64,000 nucleotides of DNA, taken from contig DASSGV010000086.1 of assembly GCA_035693225.1 (NCBI GenBank), positions 1,335 through 65,334 of the forward strand, in the 5' to 3' direction. The notes under the pieces are model-generated. The model ran no database searches, was not told the DNA's origin, and saw only the letters and a list, made by a program, of their open reading frames with translations. This document shows positions 9,622-19,131 of the stretch, in pieces. Both the position numbers and the translations under genes were made by a program. Source of the DNA: Gemmatimonadales bacterium (GTDB taxonomy: Bacteria; Gemmatimonadota; Gemmatimonadetes; Gemmatimonadales; GWC2-71-9). How positions within the stretch are numbered: the stretch's first letter is position 1; each line of letters starts with the position of its first letter.

Positions 9622-10302
9622 TCAGTGCGCGGGCCAGAGGTGATACCACTCCTCTACGGGCCGCTCCCTGAATCCGTCGACGAGTCGGGTGCGGCCCGCC
9701 TCCAGCGAGTATACCCGATCGGCGAATTCCAGCACCGATGTCACGTCGTGGTCCGCGAACAGCACCGCGAGCTCGTTGCTCGCCCGTCGGCGGAGGAGCG
9801 CACCCAAGGCATCGCGATGAACGGGCGCCAACCCTCGGAACGGCTCGTCGAGGATCAAGGTCGCCGGGCGAGCGGCCAGCGCCACACCAACCTCAGCCAG
9901 GCGCCGCTCCCCTCCAGAGAGGCTGGCCGCGGGCTGCCCGGCGACGCTCCCCAGACCAAGTTCTTCCAGAAGTCCAGTCGGCTCACTCCCCCAGACGCTC
10001 GCGACCGTTCGTGTCACCTCGTCGGGAGAGAGGTGGTCGGGGAGCCAGGCGCCTGAGGGCAGGCTGATCAAACCCATCCGGGCCCATTGGTATAGGCTCG
10101 GCCGCCGGAGATGGCGCCCGTTCCAGCGGACCGTCCCGCCGTGTGGACGCACAGTCCCTTCGATGACGCGGAACAGAGTGGTCTTCCCTGACCCCGATCG
10201 TCCGATCAGGGCGGTGATCACCCCAGGGACCGCATCGATGAAGGCAGATCGAAGGACCTGGCGTTCGCCGAACGCCGCCTGGATCGAGTCAGCGGCCATC
10301 AT
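9622..10302 (-). CDS. ABC transporter ATP-binding protein (stand-alone NBD)
   Basis: Walker A GRSGSGKTT, signature LSGGERR, Walker B LILDEP. The ATGATG start at 10302 overlaps the stop of the upstream membrane ORF (ATGA). The longer version to 10359 would overlap that ORF and was rejected. Confidence 0.85.
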   Translation of the reverse strand: MMAADSIQAAFGERQVLRSAFIDAVPGVITALIGRSGSGKTTLFRVIEGTVRPHGGTVRWNGRHLRRPSLYQWARMGLISLPSGAWLPDHLSPDEVTRTVASVWGSEPTGLLEELGLGSVAGQPAASLSGGERRLAEVGVALAARPATLILDEPFRGLAPVHRDALGALLRRRASNELAVLFADHDVTSVLEFADRVYSLEAGRTRLVDGFRERPVEEWYHLWPAH

Positions 10303-10670
10303 CCGGCCACCAGCCCACCGAAAGCAGCAACCGCGAGCGCCAAGACGCACAAGAGCCACCCAAAGGCCATCGCCTGAATGCCAAGAAGGGCCAGCAGACG
10401 GTCATCGCGCCGATCTCGCACGGTGGCGCGCCAGACGAAGAGCACCAAGCCAATGGCAAGGCACTCGCCGAGAAGGCTGAATTGGAGTGCTGGGTGGTGC
10501 GCACGCACCGCCCCAACGATGAGCGCGAGTTTCGCGACGAGCCAGAGCAGGAAGAAGCGTCCGGCGAGACCACGCCCGAATCGTGACCGCAGCAATACCG
10601 CCCACGCGTGGCGCGCATTCCAGTGGAGAGGCCGGTCAAGTCCAGAAGGTCGGATGTTTGATATGGTCAT
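10299..10670 (-). CDS. small hydrophobic membrane protein, function unknown
   Basis: 123-aa ORF with 3-4 hydrophobic stretches (FFLLWLVAKLALIVGAV, LAIGLVLFVW, AFGWLLCVLALAVAAFGGLV). Its stop is coupled to the ATPase start. No recognisable motif. Confidence 0.5.
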   Translation of the reverse strand: MTISNIRPSGLDRPLHWNARHAWAVLLRSRFGRGLAGRFFLLWLVAKLALIVGAVRAHHPALQFSLLGECLAIGLVLFVWRATVRDRRDDRLLALLGIQAMAFGWLLCVLALAVAAFGGLVAG

Positions 10671-10802
10671 CGACCAACGCTATCAGCGCAGCCACAATTG
10701 CGCCAACGAGTCTCGCCAGCACCACAGGGTCACCGGCCGTTCACCGCGTTACTGGAGATACCCTGCTACCGGCGTCACGGACACCACGGCCCATTTTCGG
10801 AC

Positions 10803-10922
10803 GGAAAACGGAAAGAGGAACGCCCCGCCCGGCAGCAACGCCAAACGGGGCAACGATTTCAGGATTATGGGCCTGGGAAGAGTTGAGCCGCAGGCGAGCG
10901 CAGCTCCACTGACGACCTCACG
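10803..10922 (-). repeat. degenerate second copy of the tRNA-Ile 3' end plus its terminator hairpin
   Basis: The 69-nt block 10818-10886 matches 10936-11004 with 5 mismatches by hand alignment (118-bp period). It includes the last 19 nt of the tRNA (TCAACTCTTCCCAGGCCCA). The fragment continues with cgacctcacgc after a 25-nt insertion that disrupts the T arm. Confidence 0.8.
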
Positions 10923-10928
10923 CGCCCC

Positions 10929-10969
10929 AAGAAACGAACGCCCCGCTCGGCAGCAACGCCAAGCGGGGC
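10929..10969 (-). terminator. hairpin plus T-rich tail immediately 3' of tRNA-Ile
   Basis: Minus strand reads GCCCCGC-(16-nt loop)-GCGGGGC followed by GTTCGTTTCTT. Confidence 0.55.
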
Positions 10970-10985
10970 AACGGTTTCCGGACTA

Positions 10986-11059
<74 letters not shown>

Positions 11060-11143
11060 TCACGCCCGATATGTGGCAACCGGACGGGGCGCGGAGAATA
11101 GCCGGGAACGGCGGGCATCGCAACCCGACCGCTCCCGCCACAT

Positions 11144-11422
11144 TCACTCGAAATCGCCGCCGCCACCGCTCCGCCCGCGGCGCCCCCGCTTGGGCGGGCC
11201 TTCCTCTTCATCGGCCTCCTCGAGGTCGACCTCGTCCTCGTCGGCATCCTCATCGTCGACGTCGTCGTCCCCCTCTTCGTCCTCGTCGTCGAAGTCGTCC
11301 TCGTCCTCGTCCTCTTCGTCGTCGAAGGCAAAGCCGTCGTCCTCGAAGTCGTTCCCGTCATCGTCCAGGGGGCGACGGCGCGCTTCGATGACCTCCAGCG
11401 ACCCCTCTTCCAGGACCAGCAT
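11144..11422 (-). CDS. hyper-acidic small protein (92 aa) with basic RGG-like tail, function unknown
   Basis: AGGAGG lies 4 nt before ATG 11422. Sequence: MLVLEEGSLEVIEARRRPLDDDGNDFEDDGFAFDDEEDEDEDDFDDEDEEGDDDVDDEDADEDEVDLEEADEEEGPPKRGRRGRSGGGGDFE. GC-rich third positions on this strand. It lies between typA and tRNA-Ile on the same strand. The longer ORF to 11620 overlaps typA. Confidence 0.55.
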   Translation of the reverse strand: MLVLEEGSLEVIEARRRPLDDDGNDFEDDGFAFDDEEDEDEDDFDDEDEEGDDDVDDEDADEDEVDLEEADEEEGPPKRGRRGRSGGGGDFE

Positions 11423-11483
11423 ATGTCCTCCTGCCGTTCGGTGCATTTGGTGCGTCATGGGTTGACGAGGCGGACCGCCCGCC

Positions 11484-13334
11484 TCAGGATGCGTTCTCCA
11501 CCCGGGCCGCCGCCCGCGCCGCCTTCTTCCGGTCGTTCGCGGCCAGGAGCCGCTTCCGAAGCCGGATGGTCTGCGGCGTGATCTCGATGAGCTCGTCCTC
11601 CTCGATGTACTCGAGGGCATATTCCAGCGTGATCTGCCGCGGCGGCTCCAGGATCACCATGTCGTCCGACGCGGTGGTCCGCATGTTCGAGAGCTTCTTT
11701 TCCTTCGTCACGTTCACGTCCATGTCGCCGGGTCGGGAGTTCTCGCCGGCGATCATCCCTTCGTACACGTGGTCGCCGGGGGCCACGAACATCTGGGCCC
11801 GCTCCTGCAGGTTGCCGAGCGCAAAGGCCACGACGCTTCCCTCCCGATCGGCCACCAGCACGCCCCGCTTCCGTCCCGCCAGCGGCCCCGCCCAGCCACC
11901 GTATTCCAGGAACCGGTGGTGCATGATCCCGGTGCCGCGGGTGTCGGTCAGGAACTCCGACCGGTACCCGAACAGGCCGCGTGCGGGGATCCTGAAGTTC
12001 ATACGCACCATCCCCTGCCCCGGATTCCGCATCTCGATCATCTCGGAGCGGCGGGGGCCGAGCTTTTCCATCACCGCCCCCATGTAGCCCTCGGGCACGT
12101 CGATCATCAGCTCCTCGTACGGCTCCAGCCGCTCCCCATCCGGCCCGACCTTGGTGATGACCCTCGGCCGCGACACCTGGAACTCGTACCCCTCGCGCCG
12201 CATCGTCTCCATCAGGATGCCCAGGTGCAGCTCGCCCCGCCCGGAGACGGAGTGGGTGTCGGGGCTGTCGGTCTCTTCCACCCGGAGCGCCACGTTCCGC
12301 TCCAGTTCCTTGAAGAGCCGGTCGCGCACCTGTCGGCTGGTGACGTACTTCCCCTCCCGCCCCGCAAAGGGAGAGTTGTTGACGATCACGTCGACCGAGA
12401 TGGTCGGCTCCTCGACCGCGATGCCGAGGAGGCGCTCGGGATGCTCGGGCGCGGTGAGGGTGAGGCCGATCTCGATCCCCTCAAGCCCCGAGAGCACCAC
12501 GATGTCACCCGCCGAGGCCTCGTTCACCTCGACCTTGTTGAGTCCGTCGAAGGTGTAGAGCTTGGTAATCCGCCCGTTCTGTACCTTCTCGTCATTCACC
12601 ATCCCCGGCACGCCGATCGGCAGGAGCGAGACCGCATCGCCCACCTTGAGCCGACCCCGTTCGATCCGGCCGATCGCCATCCGCCCCAGGAAGCTCGAAA
12701 AGTCGAGCGTCGAGATGAGCATCTGGAAGGGACCGTCGGGATCGCCCGAGGGGGGCGGCACGTGGTCCAGGATCGACTGGAAGAGCGGCTTCAGGTCGGT
12801 GCCGGGGTGGTCCAGTTCCGGCGTGGCGGTCCCCGCCCGACTGCTGGTATAAAGGAAGGGAGCGTCCAGCTGCTCCGGGCTCGCGTCAAGGTCGATGAAC
12901 AGGCCCAGCACTTCGTCGTGCACCCGGAAGGGTTCGGCATCCTGCCGGTCGATCTTGTTGATCGCCACGATGGGCCGAAGCCCCAGGGCCAGCGCCTTCC
13001 GGGTCACGAACCGCGTCTGCGGCATCGGCCCCTCGGCGGCATCGACCAGGATGAGGACGCCGTCCACCATCCGCAGGATCCGCTCGACCTCGCCCCCGAA
13101 ATCGGCGTGCCCGGGGGTGTCCACGATGTTGATCTTGGTCCCGCCCCAATTCACCGCCGTGTTCTTGGCCAGGATCGTGATGCCCCGCTCGCGTTCGAGG
13201 GGGTTGGAGTCCATCACCCGCTCCTCGACGTGCTGATTGGCCCGGAACGCCCCCGCCTGGCGGAGCATCTGGTCCACCAGCGTGGTCTTGCCGTGGTCGA
13301 CGTGCGCGATGATGGCGATATTGCGTATGTCCAC
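11484..13334 (-). CDS. typA: translational GTPase TypA/BipA
   Basis: G motifs [34 protein letters not shown], plus the BipA-type C-terminal region. Start set at GTG 13334 ([17 protein letters not shown]) by analogy with homologue N-termini. The ORF is open to 13475, with an alternative ATG at 13415. Confidence 0.93.
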   Translation of the reverse strand: MDIRNIAIIAHVDHGKTTLVDQMLRQAGAFRANQHVEERVMDSNPLERERGITILAKNTAVNWGGTKINIVDTPGHADFGGEVERILRMVDGVLILVDAAEGPMPQTRFVTRKALALGLRPIVAINKIDRQDAEPFRVHDEVLGLFIDLDASPEQLDAPFLYTSSRAGTATPELDHPGTDLKPLFQSILDHVPPPSGDPDGPFQMLISTLDFSSFLGRMAIGRIERGRLKVGDAVSLLPIGVPGMVNDEKVQNGRITKLYTFDGLNKVEVNEASAGDIVVLSGLEGIEIGLTLTAPEHPERLLGIAVEEPTISVDVIVNNSPFAGREGKYVTSRQVRDRLFKELERNVALRVEETDSPDTHSVSGRGELHLGILMETMRREGYEFQVSRPRVITKVGPDGERLEPYEELMIDVPEGYMGAVMEKLGPRRSEMIEMRNPGQGMVRMNFRIPARGLFGYRSEFLTDTRGTGIMHHRFLEYGGWAGPLAGRKRGVLVADREGSVVAFALGNLQERAQMFVAPGDHVYEGMIAGENSRPGDMDVNVTKEKKLSNMRTTASDDMVILEPPRQITLEYALEYIEEDELIEITPQTIRLRKRLLAANDRKKAARAAARVENAS

Positions 13335-13481
13335 AGTACATCCCGTCGAAAAGCCTGTCTGCCCCGGGCCTGGAGGTGCCACCACCGTGGCCCTTCCGGG
13401 GGTGCCGCGCGGCATATATAGACGCCTCACCCGGCCGCCGCAAGACAGCCGGAGGTCGAGTGTGCCGACGGTCACATCCTC

Positions 13482-14435
13482 TTAGTGGTGGTGGTGTCCG
13501 GCGTGGGAATGATGGGTGTGGCCGGCCGCCCCGGCGGGGGCCTCGATCTCGGCGCAGCCCTCGCCGGTCTCGAGCTGGATGGTGATGTGGCCGATGCCGA
13601 GTGCCGCCATCTCGCGCTGGATCCCGGTGAGGGCCTCGGGATGGCGGACCAGGTCGGGCACCACCGCGTGGCCGCTCATCGCCACCAGTCCGCTGGTGAC
13701 GGTCCAGACGTGCAGATCGTGCACCGCGCTCACCCCCGGCAACGCCCGCATCCGGCCCTCGACGTCGGTGAGCGAGATGTGCGAGGGCGTCCCCTCGAGC
13801 AGGATGTCGACGCTCTCCCGCACCAGGCGCCACGCCCCGACCAGCACCAGGAGGGCAATGAGGATCGACACGATCGGGTCGACCATCGTCCAGCCAGTGG
13901 TCAGGATGACGATACCCGCCACCAGCGCGCCCACCGAGCCGAGCGCATCGCCCAATATGTGCAGATACGCGCCGCGGACGTTCAGGTTCTCGGTATGGCC
14001 GGAGTGAAGCGTCAGCAACGACCCGAGGTTGGCCACCAATCCCACCAGCGCCACACCCAGCAGCACGCCCCCTGCCACCGGCGGCGGCGCGTGGAGCCGT
14101 TCAACGGCCTCGACGATGATCCACCCGGCAATGACGAAGAGGGCGGCCCCGTTGATGAAGGCGCCGAGAATCTCCCAGCGGAGATAGCCGTAGGTACGGT
14201 TGGCGTCGGCGGGGCGCTCGGCGATCCACGCGGTGAAGAGCGAAAGCCCGATCGCCGCGACATCGGCCAGCATATGCCCCGCGTCGGCCAGAAGCGCCAG
14301 CGACCCGCTGATGAGCGCCCCGGCCACCTCCACGCCGCAGATGAGGAGCGTCAGCATCAGCACCCACCAGAGCCGCCGGGTGAAGGTCCGGGGGACACGG
14401 ATGAGGCAGAGGGCCGGGGGAGTGGGGGCGGGCAT
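13482..14435 (-). CDS. czcD: cation diffusion facilitator family Zn/Co/Cd efflux transporter
   Basis: Six TM segments with [12 protein letters not shown] and [11 protein letters not shown] motifs, and a His-rich C-terminus [12 protein letters not shown]. Confidence 0.88.
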   Translation of the reverse strand: MPAPTPPALCLIRVPRTFTRRLWWVLMLTLLICGVEVAGALISGSLALLADAGHMLADVAAIGLSLFTAWIAERPADANRTYGYLRWEILGAFINGAALFVIAGWIIVEAVERLHAPPPVAGGVLLGVALVGLVANLGSLLTLHSGHTENLNVRGAYLHILGDALGSVGALVAGIVILTTGWTMVDPIVSILIALLVLVGAWRLVRESVDILLEGTPSHISLTDVEGRMRALPGVSAVHDLHVWTVTSGLVAMSGHAVVPDLVRHPEALTGIQREMAALGIGHITIQLETGEGCAEIEAPAGAAGHTHHSHAGHHHH

Positions 14436-14446
14436 ATGTGGTAGAA

Positions 14447-14660
14447 AGCTAACAGCTATCAGCTATCAGCTATCGGCTACTAGCTATCAGCTATCAGCTA
14501 TCAGTGACTCCGTGCGCAATAAGAAATCGCTAAGACACAAGGGCCCCTCCCTTCAACCGACTGATCGCTGATAGCTCTTTACTGATAGCCGATAGCTGAT
14601 AGCTGGCTGCTGATAGCTGATAGCCGATAGCTGATAGCTCTGTGCTGATAGCTGATAGCT
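14447..14660. repeat. inverted arrays of the 8-nt word GCTGATAG/CTATCAGC around a ~56-nt AT-richer core
   Basis: The left arm 14447-14504 is (agctatc)n. The right arm 14561-14660 is (gctgatag)n, its reverse complement. It lies in the divergent czcD/BNR intergenic region. Confidence 0.85.
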
Positions 14661-14756
14661 CCTTCCCGTTAGCCCATCGCTCACTCAAACGCTAGCGCCC
14701 GACTCGCACCCGACCCATATTCGAATTCCCCCGCCGCCGCCCATCAGGAGCCACGC

Positions 14757-17654
14757 GTGCCCAGCAATCCCTCCGACCCGACCGATCCCGCCTCGCTCAC
14801 TCGCCGCAGTTTCATCGTCCACACCGGCGGTGCCAGCGGTGCCCTGCTCCTGGCTCCGTCATTCAAGCCGATGCTGCGCTCGGTGCTCCGGACCGCACCC
14901 GACGCCCAGCCCGGCACCACCAACGGCCCCGTCGACCCCGCGCTCTTTTCCGGTCTCGACTGGCGGATGCTGGGCCCCTTCCGCGGCGGCCGCACCGATG
15001 CGGTGAGCGGCGTCCCGGGACGCCCCGATGAGTTCTACTTCGGCCACGTCAACGGCGGGGTGTGGAAGACCATCGACGGCGGACGGACCTGGGACCCGAT
15101 CTTCGACTCCCAGCCGGTGGCATCGATCGGCGCCCTCGCGGTGGCCCCCTCGGCCCCCGACGTGGTGTACGTGGGAAGCGGAGAGTCCACCCTGCGCGAT
15201 TCGGTGGGCTATGGCAACGGGATGTACAAGTCGACCGATGCCGGCCGGACCTGGATCCACATCGGCCTCGACGACACCCAGCACATCGGCAAGATCGCGA
15301 TCCACCCGAAGGACCCCGACACGGTATTCGTCGCGGCACTCGGCCACTACTACGGCCCGTCGAAGGAACGCGGCGTCTTCCGGTCGAAGGACGGCGGCAA
15401 GCACTGGCAGCGCGTACTGGAGAAGGGCGACAACGTCGGCGCCATCGAAGTGACGATCGACCCGAATGATCCGAGCGTCGTCTTTGCCGGGCTCTGGAAC
15501 ACCCGGCGGCCGCCCTGGTTCACCTATCCTCCGACCAACGGCCCCGGCGGCGGGATCTTCAAGTCCACCGACGGCGGAGATTCCTGGACCCAGCTTACCC
15601 AGGGCCTGCCGACCGACGGCGTCGGACGCACCGGCATCGCCGTGGCACCCACCGACTCCAAGCGCGTCTACGCCGTCGTGGATTGCCTCACCCCGGTGCC
15701 CGGCGCTCCGGTGGCACCACCCGATCCGAGCGGGTTCGGGCGCGACACGACACCGCGCCAGGGCGGTTTCTTCCGCTCCGATGACGGCGGCGCCACCTGG
15801 ACCCGGCTCTCCGCCGACGAAGCGCTCTGGGGACGCGGCTGGTATTTCGAGCACGTGACGGTCGACCCGACCGACGCGAACGTCGTCTACGTCGCGAACG
15901 TGTCGGTCTCCCGCTCCACCGACGGCGGGCACAGCTGGGTGCCGCTGCGCGGCTCTCCCGGCGGCGATGACTACCATCAGCCCTGGGTCTCGCCCGACGA
16001 CCCCGATACGCTCATCGTCGCGAGCGACCAGGGGACGATCATCTCGCGCAACGCCAGGACCCCCGACCCGCGCGACGTGACCTGGACCTCCTGGCTCAAC
16101 CAGCCGACGGCGCAGATCTATCACGTCTCGGTCGACTACCGCACCCCCTATTGGGTGACCGGCGCGCAGCAGGACTCGGGATCGGTGGCGGTGCGCTCCC
16201 GCGGCAAGTTCGCCGAGATCTCGATGCGCGATTGGGAGCCGATCGGGGCCGGGGGGGAGAGCGGCTACACCGCCGGCGATCCGCTGCACCCCGGCATCGT
16301 CTACGGCGAGGCGGGGACCCGCTTCGACCTGGCGCTCAACCGTGAGGTCGCCGGCACCACGACACCCCAGTCGACCGACAAGGCGCCGGCTCGACACGAC
16401 TGGACCCAGCCGCTCGTCCTCTCCCAGGCCGATCCGCACGCGCTCTACTACGCCGACCAGTTCCTCTTCAAGTCCACCGACGGTGCCAGGAGCTGGATCC
16501 AGATCAGCGGCGACCTGACGCGTACCAATCCGGGGGTCCCCAAGGGCCTCGACGCCGCTGCGGCCGCCGATGTCCAGCAGAACGGTCAGCGCGGCGTGAT
16601 CTACACGGTGGCACCCTCGCCCCTTCAGGCGCCGCTCCTGTGGATCGGCACCGATGACGGCCTGATCCAGGTGAGCGCCGACGGCGGTGCCCACTGGCAG
16701 AACGTGACGCCGCCGGCGCTGAGCGGCTGGAGCCGGGTCACGATGATCGACGCAGGCCATTTTGACGCCGCCGTCGCCTACGCCAGCGTGGATCGCCATC
16801 AGCTCGAGGACTTCGACCCCTACATCTACCGCACCCGGGACCAGGGCCGGAGCTGGCACCTGATCACCGAGGGCCTGCCCAGGGGCGTGTACGTGCACAC
16901 GGTCAAGGAGGACCTGGTGCGTCGCGGTCTCCTCTTTGCCGGCACCGAACGCGGCGCCTTCGTCTCCTTCGACGACGGCGATCACTGGCAACCGCTGCAG
17001 CTCGACCTCCCGGTGACCTCGGTCCGCGACTTCCAGGTGTACCAGAACGACCTGATCGTCGCGACCCACGGCCGAGGCTTCTGGATCCTCGACGACATTT
17101 CGCCGCTCCGCCAGGTCGACGCAGAGGTGGCGGCCGCCGACGCCTGGCTCTTCCAGCCCCCCGATGCGGTGGACCTGACCCAGGGCGACGACAACGGCAC
17201 CCCGCTCCAGAAGGACGAGCCGCAGGCGGAGAACCCGCCGACCGGCGCGTATCTCTATTACTACCTCAAGCGGGACGTGACCTCCCCGGTGACGCTCGAG
17301 ATCCTCGACGCGAAGGGGACGGTGCTTCAGACCTTCTCCAGCGCCCCCGCCACCACGGCCGGCGGGCCTCGCATGCGCTCCTCCGGCATCCCAAGCACCA
17401 CGGCCCTCTGGCGGGAGCCGAGGGCGCCCTTCTCGGCGAGCGCCGGGCTCCATCGCGCGGAGTGGACGCCCAACACTCAGCACCGCCGTGGCTTCGGCGG
17501 GCCGGAGGCGCGGCGGCGCCCGGAGGAGCCGGTGGTGTCGCTGCCGGGCGAGTTCACGGCCCGGCTCACGGTCAACGGCAGGAGCCAGACCCGGACCTTC
17601 CGGGTGGACCCCGATCCCCGAGCCCCCTCGGAGTTGCCCGGCGGAGGCCAGTAG
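14757..17654 (+). CDS. exported BNR/Asp-box repeat protein (sortilin/VPS10-like, glycosidase-like beta-propellers)
   Basis: Twin-arginine-like signal LTRRSFIVHTGGASGALLLAP. About ten S/T-x-D-G-G-x-T/S-W Asp-boxes are present (KTIDGGRTW, KSTDAGRTW, RSKDGGKHW, KSTDGGDSW, RSDDGGATW, RSTDGGHSW, KSTDGARSW, SADGGAHW and others). GTG start. Confidence 0.85.
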   Translation: MPSNPSDPTDPASLTRRSFIVHTGGASGALLLAPSFKPMLRSVLRTAPDAQPGTTNGPVDPALFSGLDWRMLGPFRGGRTDAVSGVPGRPDEFYFGHVNGGVWKTIDGGRTWDPIFDSQPVASIGALAVAPSAPDVVYVGSGESTLRDSVGYGNGMYKSTDAGRTWIHIGLDDTQHIGKIAIHPKDPDTVFVAALGHYYGPSKERGVFRSKDGGKHWQRVLEKGDNVGAIEVTIDPNDPSVVFAGLWNTRRPPWFTYPPTNGPGGGIFKSTDGGDSWTQLTQGLPTDGVGRTGIAVAPTDSKRVYAVVDCLTPVPGAPVAPPDPSGFGRDTTPRQGGFFRSDDGGATWTRLSADEALWGRGWYFEHVTVDPTDANVVYVANVSVSRSTDGGHSWVPLRGSPGGDDYHQPWVSPDDPDTLIVASDQGTIISRNARTPDPRDVTWTSWLNQPTAQIYHVSVDYRTPYWVTGAQQDSGSVAVRSRGKFAEISMRDWEPIGAGGESGYTAGDPLHPGIVYGEAGTRFDLALNREVAGTTTPQSTDKAPARHDWTQPLVLSQADPHALYYADQFLFKSTDGARSWIQISGDLTRTNPGVPKGLDAAAAADVQQNGQRGVIYTVAPSPLQAPLLWIGTDDGLIQVSADGGAHWQNVTPPALSGWSRVTMIDAGHFDAAVAYASVDRHQLEDFDPYIYRTRDQGRSWHLITEGLPRGVYVHTVKEDLVRRGLLFAGTERGAFVSFDDGDHWQPLQLDLPVTSVRDFQVYQNDLIVATHGRGFWILDDISPLRQVDAEVAAADAWLFQPPDAVDLTQGDDNGTPLQKDEPQAENPPTGAYLYYYLKRDVTSPVTLEILDAKGTVLQTFSSAPATTAGGPRMRSSGIPSTTALWREPRAPFSASAGLHRAEWTPNTQHRRGFGGPEARRRPEEPVVSLPGEFTARLTVNGRSQTRTFRVDPDPRAPSELPGGGQ

Positions 17655-17671
17655 GCGCTACTATTGCACCG

Positions 17672-19006
17672 ATGAACGCCACACCCGGCACCTCGATCAC
17701 CTTCGGGCTCGTTTCGGTCGTCGGGTTGGTCCTCGGCAACGCCTTCTTCGTGGCGGCGGAATTCGCCCTCGTCGGGCTCCGCCGCTCCCGGATCGAGGAG
17801 CTCGCCCAGCGCGGGGTGAGCTCCGCGATCCTCGCCCGCCGGGCGGTCTCCTCCCTCGACCGCTACATCTCCGCCACCCAGCTCGGCATCACTCTCGCCT
17901 CACTCGGCCTCGGCTGGGTCGGCGAGCCGGCGCTCGCGTCGCTCATCGGCGGATGGTTCACCGGCCTCCCCGCCGGATTCCAATCCTGGGCCACCCATAC
18001 GGTCGCGGCTGCGTTCGCCTTCGCCCTCATCACGGTGCTCCACATCGTGCTGGGCGAGCTGGTCCCCAAGGCGCTCGCGATCACCTTCCCTGAACGCGTC
18101 AGCGCCTTCACCATCCGGCCGCTCACCGCCTTTCTCTGGGCCATGACCGGCCCCATCACCATCCTCAATGGGGCCGCCGGCGGGATCCTCCGGCTCCTGG
18201 GCGTGCGCCGTCGCACCAGCCAGGCCTCCCTGCATTCGCCCACCGAGCTCCGCATCCTGGTCGAACAGAGCCAGCAGGCAGGAAGCCTGGGGAGCGAGGA
18301 CGCGCGGCTCCTCGAGGGGGTGTTCGAATTCAGCGAGAAGAACGCCGAGCAGGTGATGACGCCGCGCACCCAGATGACCGCCATCGAGGCCGGCTCGTCG
18401 GTCGAGGAGGCCGCCGGTGTCGTGGCCGCGGCGGGGCGTTCACGCTATCCGGTGTACGAGGGATCGCTCGATGACATCGTGGGCGTGGTGCATGCCAAGG
18501 CCATCCTCGCCGCACTGCGCGCGGGCCCGCACCAGCCGGTACGACAGGTCATGCGGCCGCCGCTCTTCGTGCCGGGAAGTCGGGAGGTGGAGGACGTCCT
18601 GACCGACATGAAGCGGGTCAAGTCCCATATGGCCGTGGTGCTCGACGAATACGGCGGGACCGCGGGGCTCGTCACGATGGAGGACCTGCTGGAGGAGATC
18701 GTCGGCCCCATCGAGGATGAATACGACCGGCCCGACCGGGTACCGGCGCCCGCGGACGGGTCGCTGGTCCTCGACGGTGCCCTGCCCATCGCCGAGGCGA
18801 ACGAACGGCTCGACTTGAGGCTCGACGACGCCGAATACACCACGCTGGGCGGATATCTCTTTGGCCAGCTCGGGCGACTCCCCGCCGTCGGCGATCGGGT
18901 GCGGGCGGGTGGCAGGGAATTCGAGATCGCCGAGATGGAGGGACGCCGGGTCAGGCGGGTGCGGGTGATGACGAAGGCGGCAGGCGAGAAGAAGAGTGAA
19001 GAGTGA
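17672..19006 (+). CDS. HlyC/CorC family transporter (DUF21 + CBS pair + CorC_HlyC)
   Basis: N-terminal TM region (FFVAAEFALVGLRRSRIEEL), a CBS pair, and a C-terminal CorC_HlyC domain. ATG 17672 follows the BNR stop. The ORF's upstream extension to 17462 overlaps the BNR gene. Confidence 0.88.
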   Translation: MNATPGTSITFGLVSVVGLVLGNAFFVAAEFALVGLRRSRIEELAQRGVSSAILARRAVSSLDRYISATQLGITLASLGLGWVGEPALASLIGGWFTGLPAGFQSWATHTVAAAFAFALITVLHIVLGELVPKALAITFPERVSAFTIRPLTAFLWAMTGPITILNGAAGGILRLLGVRRRTSQASLHSPTELRILVEQSQQAGSLGSEDARLLEGVFEFSEKNAEQVMTPRTQMTAIEAGSSVEEAAGVVAAAGRSRYPVYEGSLDDIVGVVHAKAILAALRAGPHQPVRQVMRPPLFVPGSREVEDVLTDMKRVKSHMAVVLDEYGGTAGLVTMEDLLEEIVGPIEDEYDRPDRVPAPADGSLVLDGALPIAEANERLDLRLDDAEYTTLGGYLFGQLGRLPAVGDRVRAGGREFEIAEMEGRRVRRVRVMTKAAGEKKSEE

Positions 19007-19053
19007 AGAGTGAAGAGTGAAGAGGGGGAGTGAAGAGAAAGCGTGAAGAGTGG
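18987..19053. repeat. left arm of inverted repeat (GTGAAGAG words) flanking a four-helix-bundle gene
   Basis: Sequence gagaagaagagtgaagagtgaagagtgaagagtgaagagggggagtgaagagaaagcgtgaagagtgg. It is colinear with the reverse complement of 19548-19625 and contains the corC stop codon. Confidence 0.85.
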
Positions 19054-19131
19054 AGCTGGAAGCGCGATCTTCTGCGCTGGGGCGAGCAGGAATGGTTACC
19101 CGCCGATGGGCGGCGCAGGTAAGATCGTCCG

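Noticed and set aside
11073-11465. Ser-rich 130-aa plus-strand ORF
   Set aside because: It is the mirror image of the acidic ORF (GAC/GAG read antisense as Ser/Leu). It lacks an SD and is opposite to the flanking gene direction.
14436-14560. NiCo/czcD-motif riboswitch upstream of the CDF transporter
   Set aside because: The upstream region is occupied by the GCTATCAG word array. No four-way-junction-like conserved core was recognisable.
14859-17483. 874-aa minus-strand ORF
   Set aside because: It is antisense to the BNR/Asp-box gene, whose repeated Asp-boxes fix the coding strand.
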